A stretch of 64,000 nucleotides of DNA from Flavobacteriaceae bacterium (GCA_016744415.1 JADGEL010000001.1:963855-1027854); one strand, 5' to 3'; shown: positions 16,303-26,570, numbered from the stretch's first letter. Program-made: numbers and translations. The notes: generated by a model from the letters alone, not told the origin.

Positions 16303-17994
16303 TTATGATTCTATTTTTTTATCATCTTTATAGTATCCTTCTTCTATAAGCTTACCATTTTTATCATAAACTTTTCCAGCACCATTTCTTTTATTATTTT
16401 TAAATTCTCCAACATATTTTCCGTCAGAATAATATCTTGTTCCTTGTCCGTTAAATTGGTCATTTAAGTAATTGCCTTCGTATAGTTTTTGTCCATCTTT
16501 AGCATAATATATTCCATAACCATTAAACTTACCATTGGTAAATTCACCTTCATAAACATCACCCTCAACCCAAGTAAATTTTCCAATACCAGTTCTGTTA
16601 TTATTATCCCATTTACCTTCATAAACATTTCCATTAGACCAGGTCATAATGCCAACCCCAGTTTTATTATTATCTATCCATTGACCATTATAAGTATCTC
16701 CGTTTTTCCAATGGTATATTCCTTGTCCATTTCGTTTATCATTTTTATAGGAGCCTTGATACAAATCACCATTTGTAAAATTTTGTTTTCCACTTCCTTC
16801 TCTATTGCCATTTACAAATTTGCCCTCATAAATTGATTCATCAAAATGTTGTTTTCCATTCTCGTCTGTGTAGGTGTTTTCAAAACGTTTTTTACCAAAC
16901 CCATTTTCACAATCCCCAGAAAGGCAGTAATCACTTTCGTAACTTATAATTAAACTTGTGTCTAAAGCGTTACCACTAAAAACAGAAATACTAATTCCGG
17001 TCTGCTTAAAAGTGTAACCATTATAAGTTAAGAAATTGCATTTTTTTAAGGCGGCTTCTAATTCTTTTTTGGTAATTGTTAGGATATTTTTGGATTTGTT
17101 TGGAAATTCTATATTAATATTTTCATCAGCAAAAAGTCCCAGGTCATACTTCATTTTGAATAAACCTAAAAATTTTTGTTCTAAGAGGTATGATGTAAAT
17201 TCCGTTTCATTATATTTTAGAGATCTTCTTTCTGTTTTTGTTAAGGCAATCAATTCTTTTATTTCTTTTTCAAACTCATTTTGGTTTAACTTAAAACTGG
17301 TTGGGTCTATTAAATCACCATTAACCCAATCGCCTGCTGTTTTAGTACTGTTTACATCAACAGTAATTCCTTTACCATGTTTTTTACCATCTTTAAAATA
17401 GCCAGAATACTGCCCGCTAGCTGTAACTAAAATTCCATAACCATCGTAAGTGTTATTTTTTAAACCGCCAGCATAATTAGAAGTTGATGTAACAATTTTT
17501 CCATAGTATGCAATACCATTTTTAAAAACAGCTTGTATAAAACTACCATCAGCATTTGTAATTCTTCCATATCCATTTACACAATTCCCAACACAATTTA
17601 TTGGGTTGTTAGTAGCAGTTATTTGAGATATTTCAGTTTTAGCTTCTCCATTTTCCCAATCATGTGCCCACGAGTTATCTTTGTTTTCAAAAATTCCTAT
17701 TCCATGTTGTTTACCCTTTTCAATTGCTCCTAGATAGAGCGAGCCATCAGTATAAAATATAGCACCAGAACCCTGCATTTGATTATTTTTAAATTCGCCA
17801 GTATAATTACTTCCGTCAGGATAATAATAATAGCCAAAGCCATCTAAAACGCCCTCTTTAAAAGAGCCTTCATAAGTTCCGCCATCAGTAAATTTCATTG
17901 CTCCGAAGCCATTATTACAATCGCCACTTATACATTGTGAAGAAGAGATTAAAGTCATTAAGAACAATCCGAAAACGAGTAGTGTTTTTTTCAT
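16303..17994 (-). CDS. Secreted MORN-repeat protein (two MORN blocks separated by a non-repeat central domain)
   Basis: Signal peptide. Many Y.G.[FW]..[GN]...G.G units are present (YEGSFKEGVLDGFG, YNGQWIDNNKTGVG, YEGKWDNNNRTGIG and others). There are three CxxG(D)CxNGxG motifs. Confidence 0.85.
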   Translation of the reverse strand: MKKTLLVFGLFLMTLISSSQCISGDCNNGFGAMKFTDGGTYEGSFKEGVLDGFGYYYYPDGSNYTGEFKNNQMQGSGAIFYTDGSLYLGAIEKGKQHGIGIFENKDNSWAHDWENGEAKTEISQITATNNPINCVGNCVNGYGRITNADGSFIQAVFKNGIAYYGKIVTSTSNYAGGLKNNTYDGYGILVTASGQYSGYFKDGKKHGKGITVDVNSTKTAGDWVNGDLIDPTSFKLNQNEFEKEIKELIALTKTERRSLKYNETEFTSYLLEQKFLGLFKMKYDLGLFADENINIEFPNKSKNILTITKKELEAALKKCNFLTYNGYTFKQTGISISVFSGNALDTSLIISYESDYCLSGDCENGFGKKRFENTYTDENGKQHFDESIYEGKFVNGNREGSGKQNFTNGDLYQGSYKNDKRNGQGIYHWKNGDTYNGQWIDNNKTGVGIMTWSNGNVYEGKWDNNNRTGIGKFTWVEGDVYEGEFTNGKFNGYGIYYAKDGQKLYEGNYLNDQFNGQGTRYYSDGKYVGEFKNNKRNGAGKVYDKNGKLIEEGYYKDDKKIES

Positions 17995-18004
17995 AATATT
18001 GAGT

Positions 18005-18511
18005 TTAATGGTTTCTATAAAATTGAATTAATTCTAAGGCTTTTTCTTCTTTTCCTTTTGGAATAGGAATGCGTGTTTCGTCGTTCGTGTTTCCTTTATG
18101 AGTAAACCACTCAATAGTAAATTCTAAAAGTTTTAGATTGGAAGAAGTATTTACAATTTTTATATCCACAATCCATTTTCTTTTTCCGAATAAATTAATT
18201 TTTTTAGAATTGATAAGTAAATATTTTGGATAAATCTCGATGACAGCTCCTTTAGAATTACTTTTTAAATGAGTACTGGAAAAACGAATTCTAAGAAATG
18301 GTAAAAGAATAGCAAAGGGTATAGAAAATATTAAAGCGATTAAAAAACTTGCGTTTCTAAAAAGCATTAGTCCAGGTATACAAAGGATTAAAATGCCAAT
18401 TCCGAAATAGATATTATCTTCTTTTTTGTTTCCTTTTTCAATGTTCACAAAATTATTCCATTCTTTTGAAGTGAATGTCCAAGTGTCTAATATGTTGGAA
18501 TCATTAATCAA
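18005..18511 (-). CDS. Hypothetical membrane protein (two TM helices plus a C-terminal soluble domain)
   Basis: Hydrophobic helices IYFGIGILILCIPGLMLF and FLIALIFSIPFAILLPFL. It lies 10 nt upstream of the MORN gene on the same strand. No recognisable motif. Confidence 0.55.
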   Translation of the reverse strand: MINDSNILDTWTFTSKEWNNFVNIEKGNKKEDNIYFGIGILILCIPGLMLFRNASFLIALIFSIPFAILLPFLRIRFSSTHLKSNSKGAVIEIYPKYLLINSKKINLFGKRKWIVDIKIVNTSSNLKLLEFTIEWFTHKGNTNDETRIPIPKGKEEKALELIQFYRNH

Positions 18512-18532
18512 TAAATTATTTTTTTTGAGTTG

Positions 18533-19501
18533 TTATTTTTTTGATTTGTTTAGTGTGTTTACAAAATGATGGCCAACTGCTACTGCAGATGTTTTAACTA
18601 AAACGGCTACGTTTGGATCTAGATCTACAGGAACTTGTTTGGTTTTTACTTTCCCTTTTTTGTTAGTATATTCTTGCTCTTCAGTTAAATAAATACCTTT
18701 AAAAGGAGGTTTAAAAATCATATTTACAGTTGGTATTTCAATAAAAGCACCATAGGCTGTTTTTGTTCCATAAGCTGGATTTTTATAATGAAATGTAGCC
18801 GAAACTCTTTTAAGGACTCCTTCTCCAGCAGCAGTCATATCTATTGCAATAATTAAGTAGGCATCCATACCAAGTGCCGAAAAATAATCAAAGCGTTCAT
18901 TTGCAAATTTTGCTCCTGATACTAAAATGTTGTTATAGGGTAATAATCTAAATTCTTCGGCAACAGCAGATTGATCACCTCCAAGACCCCATTTAGAAGC
19001 TTTATTTTCTAATGTTGGTAAAGGATAATTAGTATATGTTTCGTACAGTTTTTCATCAATAACTCTTTTACCAGTGCTTGGGTTTATGGGAGCAAGAAAC
19101 TCAAATGGAGTTAATAACTCCATCCCTAAAGTTGTATACTCTTTCTTGATATCATCAATACATTGTTCGTAAATTCGTTGTGCCACAACATTTACTTTCT
19201 CTTTGGTAGCTTTATGTGAGGTAACAAAAATATCATCGTAAGTTCTATAATCATCGTCTTTGATATAAAAGGTAATTAATCCTACTTTTTTCGGAATTTT
19301 ATAATCGTCTTCTGTACAAAACCCTTTTTTTATTTGCCATTTTTTTACTTGACCAATTCCATAAGTATATTGTACTCCCGCCCAAAGTTTATCTGTATTA
19401 TCAACTAACTTTTGTAGGTCCTTATTTTGAGCATTCATTTTAGTACTTAATATTGAAATCAAGAATAGTAAGACAAGCGATGTAGTTAGTTTTAGTTTCA
19501 T
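18533..19501 (-). CDS. Hypothetical secreted protein
   Basis: Signal peptide from the ATG at 19501 (MKLKLTTSLVLLFLISILSTKMNAQ). The track start at 19540 would overlap the upstream hairpin region. No recognisable domain. Confidence 0.6.
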   Translation of the reverse strand: MKLKLTTSLVLLFLISILSTKMNAQNKDLQKLVDNTDKLWAGVQYTYGIGQVKKWQIKKGFCTEDDYKIPKKVGLITFYIKDDDYRTYDDIFVTSHKATKEKVNVVAQRIYEQCIDDIKKEYTTLGMELLTPFEFLAPINPSTGKRVIDEKLYETYTNYPLPTLENKASKWGLGGDQSAVAEEFRLLPYNNILVSGAKFANERFDYFSALGMDAYLIIAIDMTAAGEGVLKRVSATFHYKNPAYGTKTAYGAFIEIPTVNMIFKPPFKGIYLTEEQEYTNKKGKVKTKQVPVDLDPNVAVLVKTSAVAVGHHFVNTLNKSKK

Positions 19502-19542
19502 AGTATTTATTTTATCAGGTTTAATATAATACAAAATCAACC

Positions 19543-19569
19543 GCGCAGGTTTAAAGAGGACACCTGCGC
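19543..19569 (-). terminator. GC-rich hairpin between two cluster genes (terminator or attenuator)
   Basis: GCGCAGGT(19543-19550)/ACCTGCGC(19562-19569), an 8-bp GC-rich stem in AT-rich DNA. Only a partial T-run follows on the - strand. Confidence 0.4.
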
Positions 19570-19603
19570 AGTTTTAGCTAATTAAATTTATTAATTAACC
19601 ATC

Positions 19604-20656
19604 CTATTTAATATGTTTTAAAAACTCACTTAATGATTTGTTGAGGTATCCGCTACTAGCACTAAGAACACCATTTACATATTTTTCTTTATCACAGGGT
19701 ATTGCTTGCATTTTTAATAATACTTGGTCGGTAACATTAAATACAGTTACTGCGCCATAATCAGAGCCCCATAAATCTTGCGATGCACTTTCTATCGCTT
19801 TGTATTTTTTATCTTCAAAGACACCCTTTATTTCAATTACTTTTTTTGGAACAACATTAAGTGATGCTTGATATTTCAAACTTTTTTTATAAGCAAATAA
19901 ACTAGAGGTATTTACAATTTCTGTTTTTTCTCCAAATGCCCCTTTGGTTTTAACAGCTACATTTTTAATAACGCTTAACTCTGGGCGTACAACAATTTTT
20001 GCAACGCCACCAAACGATTTTGTTAAAGCTTTACTAGCTTGTGATTCTGCATCTTTTATAAACGGAATTGATATGTTGACACGGGCAATAATAATACCTC
20101 CCAAATCAGTTGAAGTTGACATGCCATTATCAAAAATATTTTTGGTAGATTTCTTTTTACCTTTTTTGTTTATTTTTTTTACTAGATATTCAAACCCTGT
20201 TGGTGCTGTAGAAATAAAACCTGGAAATTGTGCTTTGCCAGGAGTTCCGCCTTCTAAAAGTTGCCACCCATCAAAGGTTTTTTCATTGGCAACTTCTGAT
20301 GCTGTTACAATAGTAAATCCAGCAGCTTCTAATTTTGACTTATATTCTTTAAACAATTTGTTAGTCATCTCTTGTAAATCTGTTTCATCAATTCCCTGTA
20401 CTCCTAAAACTAATTGTGCTTTGGCATCACTTCGCTGCCCTCCACCAAATTCTCTACCTCCTTTTGCAATTTCAATTTGATCAAACATCATTTGATAATT
20501 GATAAAAAAATGTTGAATAAAAATCTTTTTAGGAGCATCGTTAAATTTTTTCATACCAAAACCTGATTCTATTTTGGTTTCAATTTTTCCAACTTCTTGT
20601 GCGTTTATTGATACAAATAAAAAGAGTATGAATGTTAGGATGATTAATTTTTTCAT
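19604..20656 (-). CDS. Hypothetical secreted protein (possible distant paralog of 18533..19501)
   Basis: Signal peptide MKKLIILTFILFLFVSINAQ, 350 aa. No recognisable catalytic motif. Confidence 0.6.
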   Translation of the reverse strand: MKKLIILTFILFLFVSINAQEVGKIETKIESGFGMKKFNDAPKKIFIQHFFINYQMMFDQIEIAKGGREFGGGQRSDAKAQLVLGVQGIDETDLQEMTNKLFKEYKSKLEAAGFTIVTASEVANEKTFDGWQLLEGGTPGKAQFPGFISTAPTGFEYLVKKINKKGKKKSTKNIFDNGMSTSTDLGGIIIARVNISIPFIKDAESQASKALTKSFGGVAKIVVRPELSVIKNVAVKTKGAFGEKTEIVNTSSLFAYKKSLKYQASLNVVPKKVIEIKGVFEDKKYKAIESASQDLWGSDYGAVTVFNVTDQVLLKMQAIPCDKEKYVNGVLSASSGYLNKSLSEFLKHIK

Positions 20657-20719
20657 AAGAGTTAGGTTTCAATTTTATTAATTTCTTTTTCTAGCAATTT
20701 TCCCAATTCAATGTTTAGT

Positions 20720-21229
20720 TTATTGTAACATTGCTTTAAATTCTCCTTGAGTTATATTTTTTGTTGACATGTCAGAAGCATTGTATCCTTCAAAAGAAAA
20801 AGTACCTTCGACAGTTACGCCATCATCAATGGTTACTTCAATTGTTCCGGGGGCTATACCTGTTATAGAAGTAACACCAGATGAATCCCAAGTAGCAACA
20901 GGGCTAATGGTAATATATCTGATTCCGTTAGTACTAGTTAAAGCATCTGCTGTTGCATAAGTGCCAATACCTGTGTAGCCAAAAATCTGAAAACTAATGG
21001 TGTTGCCAGAGTTGTCTCCCCCTTGTACAACTAATAATCCGTTGGTAATAGTGGCACCGATAATGGTTGCTGGACTTGTAGAAGCCGCGAAATCTGCACC
21101 ATCAATTTTGGCAGTTAAAAACTCGTCGCCACCAGATCCTCCCTCATCATCGTCATTATTGTTACAACTAGTAAATGCAAATACAGTTAAAAAAGTAATT
21201 AGTAAAATTTTGATTTTTGATTTTTTCAT
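20720..21229 (-). CDS. Small lipoprotein, beta-rich (lipocalin-like guess)
   Basis: Lipobox FAFTSC followed by an NNNDDDEGGSGG linker. The Gly/Thr-rich sequence ends in GTFSFEGY...GEFKAMLQ. Confidence 0.6.
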   Translation of the reverse strand: MKKSKIKILLITFLTVFAFTSCNNNDDDEGGSGGDEFLTAKIDGADFAASTSPATIIGATITNGLLVVQGGDNSGNTISFQIFGYTGIGTYATADALTSTNGIRYITISPVATWDSSGVTSITGIAPGTIEVTIDDGVTVEGTFSFEGYNASDMSTKNITQGEFKAMLQ

Positions 21230-21310
21230 AATAAGTTTTTTATAGATTAATGATTAGGTCAAAAATCAATAATAAACTACTGTGAAACAATACGATGAAT
21301 TACGTATATT

Positions 21311-22255
21311 TTAAAAAGTGATGTTGTGCTGAGATTTTAGGGCTTCTATTTTTAGTTGTAGATTTTTTAAAAACAGTTGATGTTGTTCAGATTCTTTATT
21401 AAAAGGACGATGTGTTAATCCTTTTTGGATAGTATCAATTTTATCCATTAATTCAAATGAATTATCAGAAACCCAAGTGTTTTTGAATTGATTCCAAATA
21501 TATTCAATCGCAGTTTCATTTGGGTGAATCATATCTGATTTATAAAAACGGTAATCACGTAGGTCATCCATCATTATTTCAAAAGAGGGAAAATAATGCG
21601 TATGGTTTCTTGGTCCAATTACTTGATGTATGGCAGAAATGAGATGCGCTTTACTTAATGAATTTTCGGTAAATCCATCTTTTAAATGACGGACTGGAGA
21701 AACTGTAAAAATAATTTCTATTGCTGGATTCACACTTTTTACAAGCGCAATGATATTTTCTATACTCTCAGTATTCTCATCAACAGTTAGGAGTTCTTTT
21801 AAAAACTTTTTCTGGGTTATTTTATGACAATTTGCAACAATAGTATCCGATTCAATTTGTCGATATACCCATGAAGTCCCAAAAGTAATAATAAGATGAC
21901 TTGTATTGTTTAACTGCTGATGCATGGTTGCTGTAGCATCATTTAGATTTTGTAACAGCATTTTTTTTGAAAGATTACTCAAATCAGAATGCGCATCAAA
22001 ACTATGCCAGCGTTCGTTATGAAAAAACACATCAGCATCGGTATATTCTTTTTGATTAATGCTATCAGTAATTAATTTTTCAATTGCCTTTGGATGAAAA
22101 AGTATCCCAAATGGATTTATGAAGTTTTGAAATTTAAAATATTCAAATTTACTTCCAATGTTCTTTGTAAAACAAGAGCCCAGTAATAACAAATTAGAAT
22201 CATAATCAATTTGATTGTGAGTTTTGTTTATTGGTATTTGAGTTCTGAAATTCAT
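21311..22255 (-). CDS. GSCFA-domain protein
   Basis: The eponymous LLLGSCFTKNIG motif near the N-terminus, 314 aa. Confidence 0.8.
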   Translation of the reverse strand: MNFRTQIPINKTHNQIDYDSNLLLLGSCFTKNIGSKFEYFKFQNFINPFGILFHPKAIEKLITDSINQKEYTDADVFFHNERWHSFDAHSDLSNLSKKMLLQNLNDATATMHQQLNNTSHLIITFGTSWVYRQIESDTIVANCHKITQKKFLKELLTVDENTESIENIIALVKSVNPAIEIIFTVSPVRHLKDGFTENSLSKAHLISAIHQVIGPRNHTHYFPSFEIMMDDLRDYRFYKSDMIHPNETAIEYIWNQFKNTWVSDNSFELMDKIDTIQKGLTHRPFNKESEQHQLFLKNLQLKIEALKSQHNITF

Positions 22256-22339
22256 TTTATCGTTGCTACAGTAAATTATAAACTTACTGTGGCAATCTTA
22301 TTTTAAGATTACTTTGTCATTTTATTCCTCAATGACATT

Positions 22340-24973
22340 TTAATTTAAATACTCCTTCACTTTCTCTAAAGCTTGAGGAATACCATTTGGATTTTTACCA
22401 CCAGCAGTTGCAAAAAATGGTTGTCCACCACCGCCACCTTGAATTAGTTTACCTAGTTCTCTCACCACAAGTCCTGCATTCAATTCTTTTTCTGACACTA
22501 AGTTTTTAGCAATAAAACATGTTAGCATTGCTTTGTCACCATTTTGAGTTGCGGCAAAAAAGAAGAGGTTTTCAATTTCATTACCCAATTCAAAAGCTAA
22601 ATCTTTAATGTGATTTGGTTCTAAATCTATTTTTTGAGAAATGAGGTTTATACCATTTATAGTTTCAATATTATCCTTTAAGCTTGATTTTAAGCTCTTG
22701 GCTTTATCTCTCATCAATCCTTCAATTTGCTTTTTTAATTCAGCATTCTCATTCTGAATTTGTGAGATATATTTAATAGGACTTTGTGGGTTTTTCATAG
22801 CTATTTTTAGCAACTTATAATCCTTTTCTTGCTGAATATATAAATCTTCAACGCCATCAAAAGTCATTGCTTCAATACGTCTAACTCCTGAAGCAATTGC
22901 AGATTCAGAAGTAATTTTAAAATGCCAAATATCACTAGTGTTTTGTACATGAGTTCCACCACATAATTCTTTAGATTTTCCAAATTCAACCATTCTTACT
23001 GTATCATCATATTTTTCGCCAAATAATGCTAACGCTCCTTTTTTAATAGCGGTTTCCATAGGAATATTCCGATGCTCTTTTAAATCTAATTTTCCACGGA
23101 TACGCGCATTGACAAAAAATTGAATTTCTTGTAATTCTTTTTCTGTTACTTTAGAAAAGTGAGAAAAATCAAAACGTAAATGTTTAGAATGTACAGCCGA
23201 CCCCTTTTGCTCAACATGTTTTCCTAATACACTACGTAATGCTTGATGTAATAGATGTGTAGCTGTATGATTACATGAAGTTCTAAAACGTTGACTTTCA
23301 TCAACTCTAACTGTGAAAAGCTCAGTAGGGTCTTTAGGCAATCCTTTTGTTAGGTGGATGATGAGATTATTTTCTTTTTTAGTATCTAAAATATAAATGG
23401 TATCACCATTCCTTTTTTCTAGATAGCCCTTATCACCAACTTGCCCACCACCTTCTGGATAGAAAGGGGTCATATTAAAAACCAATTGATACATAGTTCC
23501 TTCTTTTTTTGAAGAAACTTTTCTGTAACGAGCTATTTTAACTTTTGCCTCTAAAGTGTCATATCCAATAAATTCTTGGATGTCGTCATTAAATAATATT
23601 TGCCAATCATCAGTATCAACAGCAGTTGCTTTTCTACCACGCTCTTTTTGTTTTTCTAATTCTTTTGAGAATTCAGCAGAATCGTAGGTTAAGCCATTTT
23701 CTTTTAGTATTAATTTGGTTAAATCTTCTGGAAAACCAAATGTATCTTTTAATTCAAATACTTTTTTACCCGAAATTTTATCAGACGTATTGTTTTTGAT
23801 AACAGTATCTAATAAATTTAATCCTTGATCTAAAGTTCGCAAGAAAGATTGCTCCTCTTCTTTAATAACATTCTCAATAAGTTGTTTTTGTTTCTTTAGT
23901 TCAGGGAAAGTTTTACCCATTTGTTTACTGAGAACAAATACCAATCTATAAATAAAAGCTTCTTTTTGACCTAAAAAAGTAAACCCATATCTAATAGCTC
24001 TACGCAAGATTCTACGAATTACATAACCTGCACCATTGTTACTTGGCAACTGTCCGTCTGCAATAGCGAATGCTACAGCACGAACATGGTCAGCAATTAC
24101 TCGAATGGCAATATCAGTTTTTTCATCAACGCCATATTTAGTATTGGTGATGGTGGTTATTTCACGAATTAAAGGTGTAAAAATATCAGTATCATAATTA
24201 GATTGTACACCTTGCACTACCATGCACAAACGCTCAAACCCCATTCCGGTATCAACATGTTTGTTGGGTAGCTTTTCGAGAGACCCATCTGTCATTCGGT
24301 TGAATTCCATAAATACTAAATTCCAAATTTCAATTACCAATGGGTGATCATGATTCACTAAATCTTTTCCGGGAACTTTGGCTTTTTCTTCATCAGATCT
24401 AATATCAACATGGATTTCAGAACATGGCCCACAAGGACCTTGTACACCCATTTCCCAAAAGTTATCTTTTTTATTACCATTTAGAATTCGTTCTTCGGGA
24501 ACAATTTTTTTCCAGTAATCATAAGCTTCTTGGTCAAATGTTAATCCATCTTTTTTATCACCCTCAAAAACCGTTACATACAAGCTGTCTTTATCAATTT
24601 TATAAACTTCAGTTAGCAACTCCCATGCCCATTCTATAGCTTCTTTTTTAAAGTAATCTCCAAAACTCCAGTTACCCAACATCTCAAACATGGTATGGTG
24701 ATAGGTATCCATACCCACCTCTTCTAGATCGTTGTGCTTACCAGAAACACGCAAACATTTTTGAGTATCAGAAACTCTAGAATCGGTTACTTTTCTTTGT
24801 CCTAAAAAGAATTCTTTAAACGGAACCATACCTGCATTGGTAAACATCAAAGTGGGGTCGTTCTTTAATACCATAGGAGATGAAGGAACGATTTTGTGTT
24901 TTTTTTCTTTAAAGAAACTTAAAAATTGCTGTCTAATTTCTTGTGATTTCACGTGTTTATATTTATTAGTCAC
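22340..24973 (-). CDS. alaS: Alanine--tRNA ligase
   Basis: 877 aa with [24 protein letters not shown] and the editing-domain HxxxH / CGGTHV motifs. There is no ATG start. The candidates are GTG at 24973 or the in-frame GTG at 24952 (giving [10 protein letters not shown]...). Confidence 0.95.
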   Translation of the reverse strand: MTNKYKHVKSQEIRQQFLSFFKEKKHKIVPSSPMVLKNDPTLMFTNAGMVPFKEFFLGQRKVTDSRVSDTQKCLRVSGKHNDLEEVGMDTYHHTMFEMLGNWSFGDYFKKEAIEWAWELLTEVYKIDKDSLYVTVFEGDKKDGLTFDQEAYDYWKKIVPEERILNGNKKDNFWEMGVQGPCGPCSEIHVDIRSDEEKAKVPGKDLVNHDHPLVIEIWNLVFMEFNRMTDGSLEKLPNKHVDTGMGFERLCMVVQGVQSNYDTDIFTPLIREITTITNTKYGVDEKTDIAIRVIADHVRAVAFAIADGQLPSNNGAGYVIRRILRRAIRYGFTFLGQKEAFIYRLVFVLSKQMGKTFPELKKQKQLIENVIKEEEQSFLRTLDQGLNLLDTVIKNNTSDKISGKKVFELKDTFGFPEDLTKLILKENGLTYDSAEFSKELEKQKERGRKATAVDTDDWQILFNDDIQEFIGYDTLEAKVKIARYRKVSSKKEGTMYQLVFNMTPFYPEGGGQVGDKGYLEKRNGDTIYILDTKKENNLIIHLTKGLPKDPTELFTVRVDESQRFRTSCNHTATHLLHQALRSVLGKHVEQKGSAVHSKHLRFDFSHFSKVTEKELQEIQFFVNARIRGKLDLKEHRNIPMETAIKKGALALFGEKYDDTVRMVEFGKSKELCGGTHVQNTSDIWHFKITSESAIASGVRRIEAMTFDGVEDLYIQQEKDYKLLKIAMKNPQSPIKYISQIQNENAELKKQIEGLMRDKAKSLKSSLKDNIETINGINLISQKIDLEPNHIKDLAFELGNEIENLFFFAATQNGDKAMLTCFIAKNLVSEKELNAGLVVRELGKLIQGGGGGQPFFATAGGKNPNGIPQALEKVKEYLN

Positions 24974-25031
24974 ATGAAATATCTATTTAATCATTTCCTT
25001 GTCAATCAAGTTTTAATTATAGATATTTCAT
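24974..25031. promoter_or_regulatory. 13-bp perfect inverted repeat abutting the alaS start codon
   Basis: ATGAAATATCTAT (24974-24986) and ATAGATATTTCAT (25019-25031), separated by 32 nt. Confidence 0.4.
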
Positions 25032-25170
25032 AAAAAATGTTAATTAATGTCTAAAAAAATACTGCAAACAAAGCAGTAAAGAAACATTTTGTAATTTTGT
25101 TTTTTTGACAGAAAACAATAACTCTAATTGGTTTTCCGTTGAAACTACAAAACTAACATTTTTTAGTCTT

Positions 25171-26142
25171 ATGGCGAAAGTTAAATACTATTACGATACT
25201 GAAACATTGTCGTATAAAAAAATACTGAGGAAAAAGCGAACAGTTTTCACAAAATTACTGGCAACGATAGGAGCTTTTGGGTTGGCAATGCTTCTGGGTT
25301 TTGTAGTGTTTTCGCCAATATTTGAGACTCCGAGTGAAAAAGCTTTGAAGCGTGAAATGGAGTTTTTAAAGCTCAATGAAAATTTGCACAAAAAAAGAAT
25401 TGAACAGTTTGAGGTTGTGTTAAATGACTTACAACAAAGAGATAATAATATTTATCGCACTTTTTTTGAATTAAACCCAATACCAGAAGAACAGCGTACC
25501 GCAGGATTTGGAGGAATAAACAGGTATAAATCTTTAGAGAATTTTGAGAATTCTGAAATGATTATTGACATTACTCAGAATATGGATATTCTTTCTAAAC
25601 AACTAAAAATACAATCTGAATCCTTAGATGAAATTGTAAAATATGCTAAAAACAAAGAAGATTTATTAGCTGCTATTCCAGCAATTCAACCAATACGAAA
25701 TGATGACTTAACGCGTATGGCATCTGGATATGGATGGCGAACAGATCCATTTACAAAAGCAAGAAAAAGACATTATGGAATGGATTTTACAGCGCTTAGT
25801 GGCACTCCGGTTTATGCTACTGGACCAGGAAAAGTGATTCGAGTAGATTCTAGAGCTTCAGGATTTGGTAAGCATATTAGGATAGATCATGGATTTGGAT
25901 ATATTACGTTGTATGCACATTTGAGTAAATACAATGTTAAAAAATGGCAAAAAGTAAAACGTGGAGATTTAATTGGATTTGTTGGAAATACAGGAAGATC
26001 TGAAGCGCCACATTTACATTATGAAGTGCACAAAAACAAAGAACGAATCAATCCAATTAATTTCTATTACGGAAATTTATCACCAAAAGAGTTTGAGGTG
26101 ATGCAAAAAGCAGCTCAAGTTGAAGGGCAGTCTTTGGATTAA
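25171..26142 (+). CDS. M23-family metallopeptidase (membrane-anchored)
   Basis: TM helix FGLAMLLGFVVFSPIF. HYGMDF and GNTGRSEAPHLHYEV motifs are present. ATG 25171 is preferred over the track's TTG at 25105. Confidence 0.85.
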   Translation: MAKVKYYYDTETLSYKKILRKKRTVFTKLLATIGAFGLAMLLGFVVFSPIFETPSEKALKREMEFLKLNENLHKKRIEQFEVVLNDLQQRDNNIYRTFFELNPIPEEQRTAGFGGINRYKSLENFENSEMIIDITQNMDILSKQLKIQSESLDEIVKYAKNKEDLLAAIPAIQPIRNDDLTRMASGYGWRTDPFTKARKRHYGMDFTALSGTPVYATGPGKVIRVDSRASGFGKHIRIDHGFGYITLYAHLSKYNVKKWQKVKRGDLIGFVGNTGRSEAPHLHYEVHKNKERINPINFYYGNLSPKEFEVMQKAAQVEGQSLD

Positions 26143-26237
26143 GATTTTGTTGAGAGCATTCATAAATATATATTCTTCAATACAGGATGCTATTCCTTTT
26201 TTTGTATTTTCGTATTTGATAAAAAACTGAACTGAAT

Positions 26238-26570
26238 ATGCATATTGATTTGCCAGAAAAGCGCTATTATAAAATTGGCGAAGTTGCCAAAGCCTTTGAT
26301 GTAAACAATTCGTTGATACGTTTTTGGGAAAAAGAGTTTGACATCTTAAAACCAAAGAAGAACAAAAAAGGGAACCGTCTTTTTACTGCTATTGATTTGC
26401 AAAATTTAAAACTGATTTATCACTTAGTAAAAGAAAAAGGATATACTTTAGATGGTGCAAAAAAGAAGATGAAACAAAACCCAAATGGTGTAGTTAATAA
26501 CCATGAAATCATCTTGCATTTAGAAAAAATAAAACAAGAATTAACCAATATTAAAAATCAATTATCATGA
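26238..26570 (+). CDS. MerR-family transcriptional regulator
   Basis: N-terminal HTH YYKIGEVAKAFDVNNSLIRFWEKEF. A 4-nt ATGA overlap with the next gene is present. Confidence 0.8.
   Translation: MHIDLPEKRYYKIGEVAKAFDVNNSLIRFWEKEFDILKPKKNKKGNRLFTAIDLQNLKLIYHLVKEKGYTLDGAKKKMKQNPNGVVNNHEIILHLEKIKQELTNIKNQLS

Noticed and set aside
14427-17733. Several antisense ORFs of 66-121 aa inside the TPR kinase and MORN genes (14427..14777, 15093..15302, 16489..16836, 17036..17401, 17533..17733)
   Set aside because: All are embedded antisense in motif-supported genes, and their products are Ile/Phe/Ser-rich nonsense. The same reasoning applies to the other short embedded ORFs in the track: 5684..5911, 8262..9030, 9938..10123, 20769..21245, 24424..24639, 25191..25391, 27186..28024, 31160..31690, 38726..39109, 39923..40297, 43961..44158, 45142..45834, 48200..49078, 49929..50114, 54430..54863, 56865..57083, 58039..58876 and 60543..60785.
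19944-20480. 178-aa ORF antisense to the secreted hypothetical gene 19604..20656
   Set aside because: It is a shadow ORF with no start context and no recognisable features. The sense-strand product has a clean signal peptide and fits the operon.
22269-22297. Hairpin CTACAGTAA...TTACTGTGG between alaS and the GSCFA gene, considered as a terminator
   Set aside because: No T-run follows it on the transcribed (-) strand, and the stem contains a wobble pair. The evidence is not sufficient to call a terminator.
26080-26355. 91-aa minus-strand ORF between the M23 and MerR genes, and 31882..32109 and 33236..33427 at similar junctions
   Set aside because: They overlap the coding ends or starts of motif-supported genes on the other strand and have no recognisable features.
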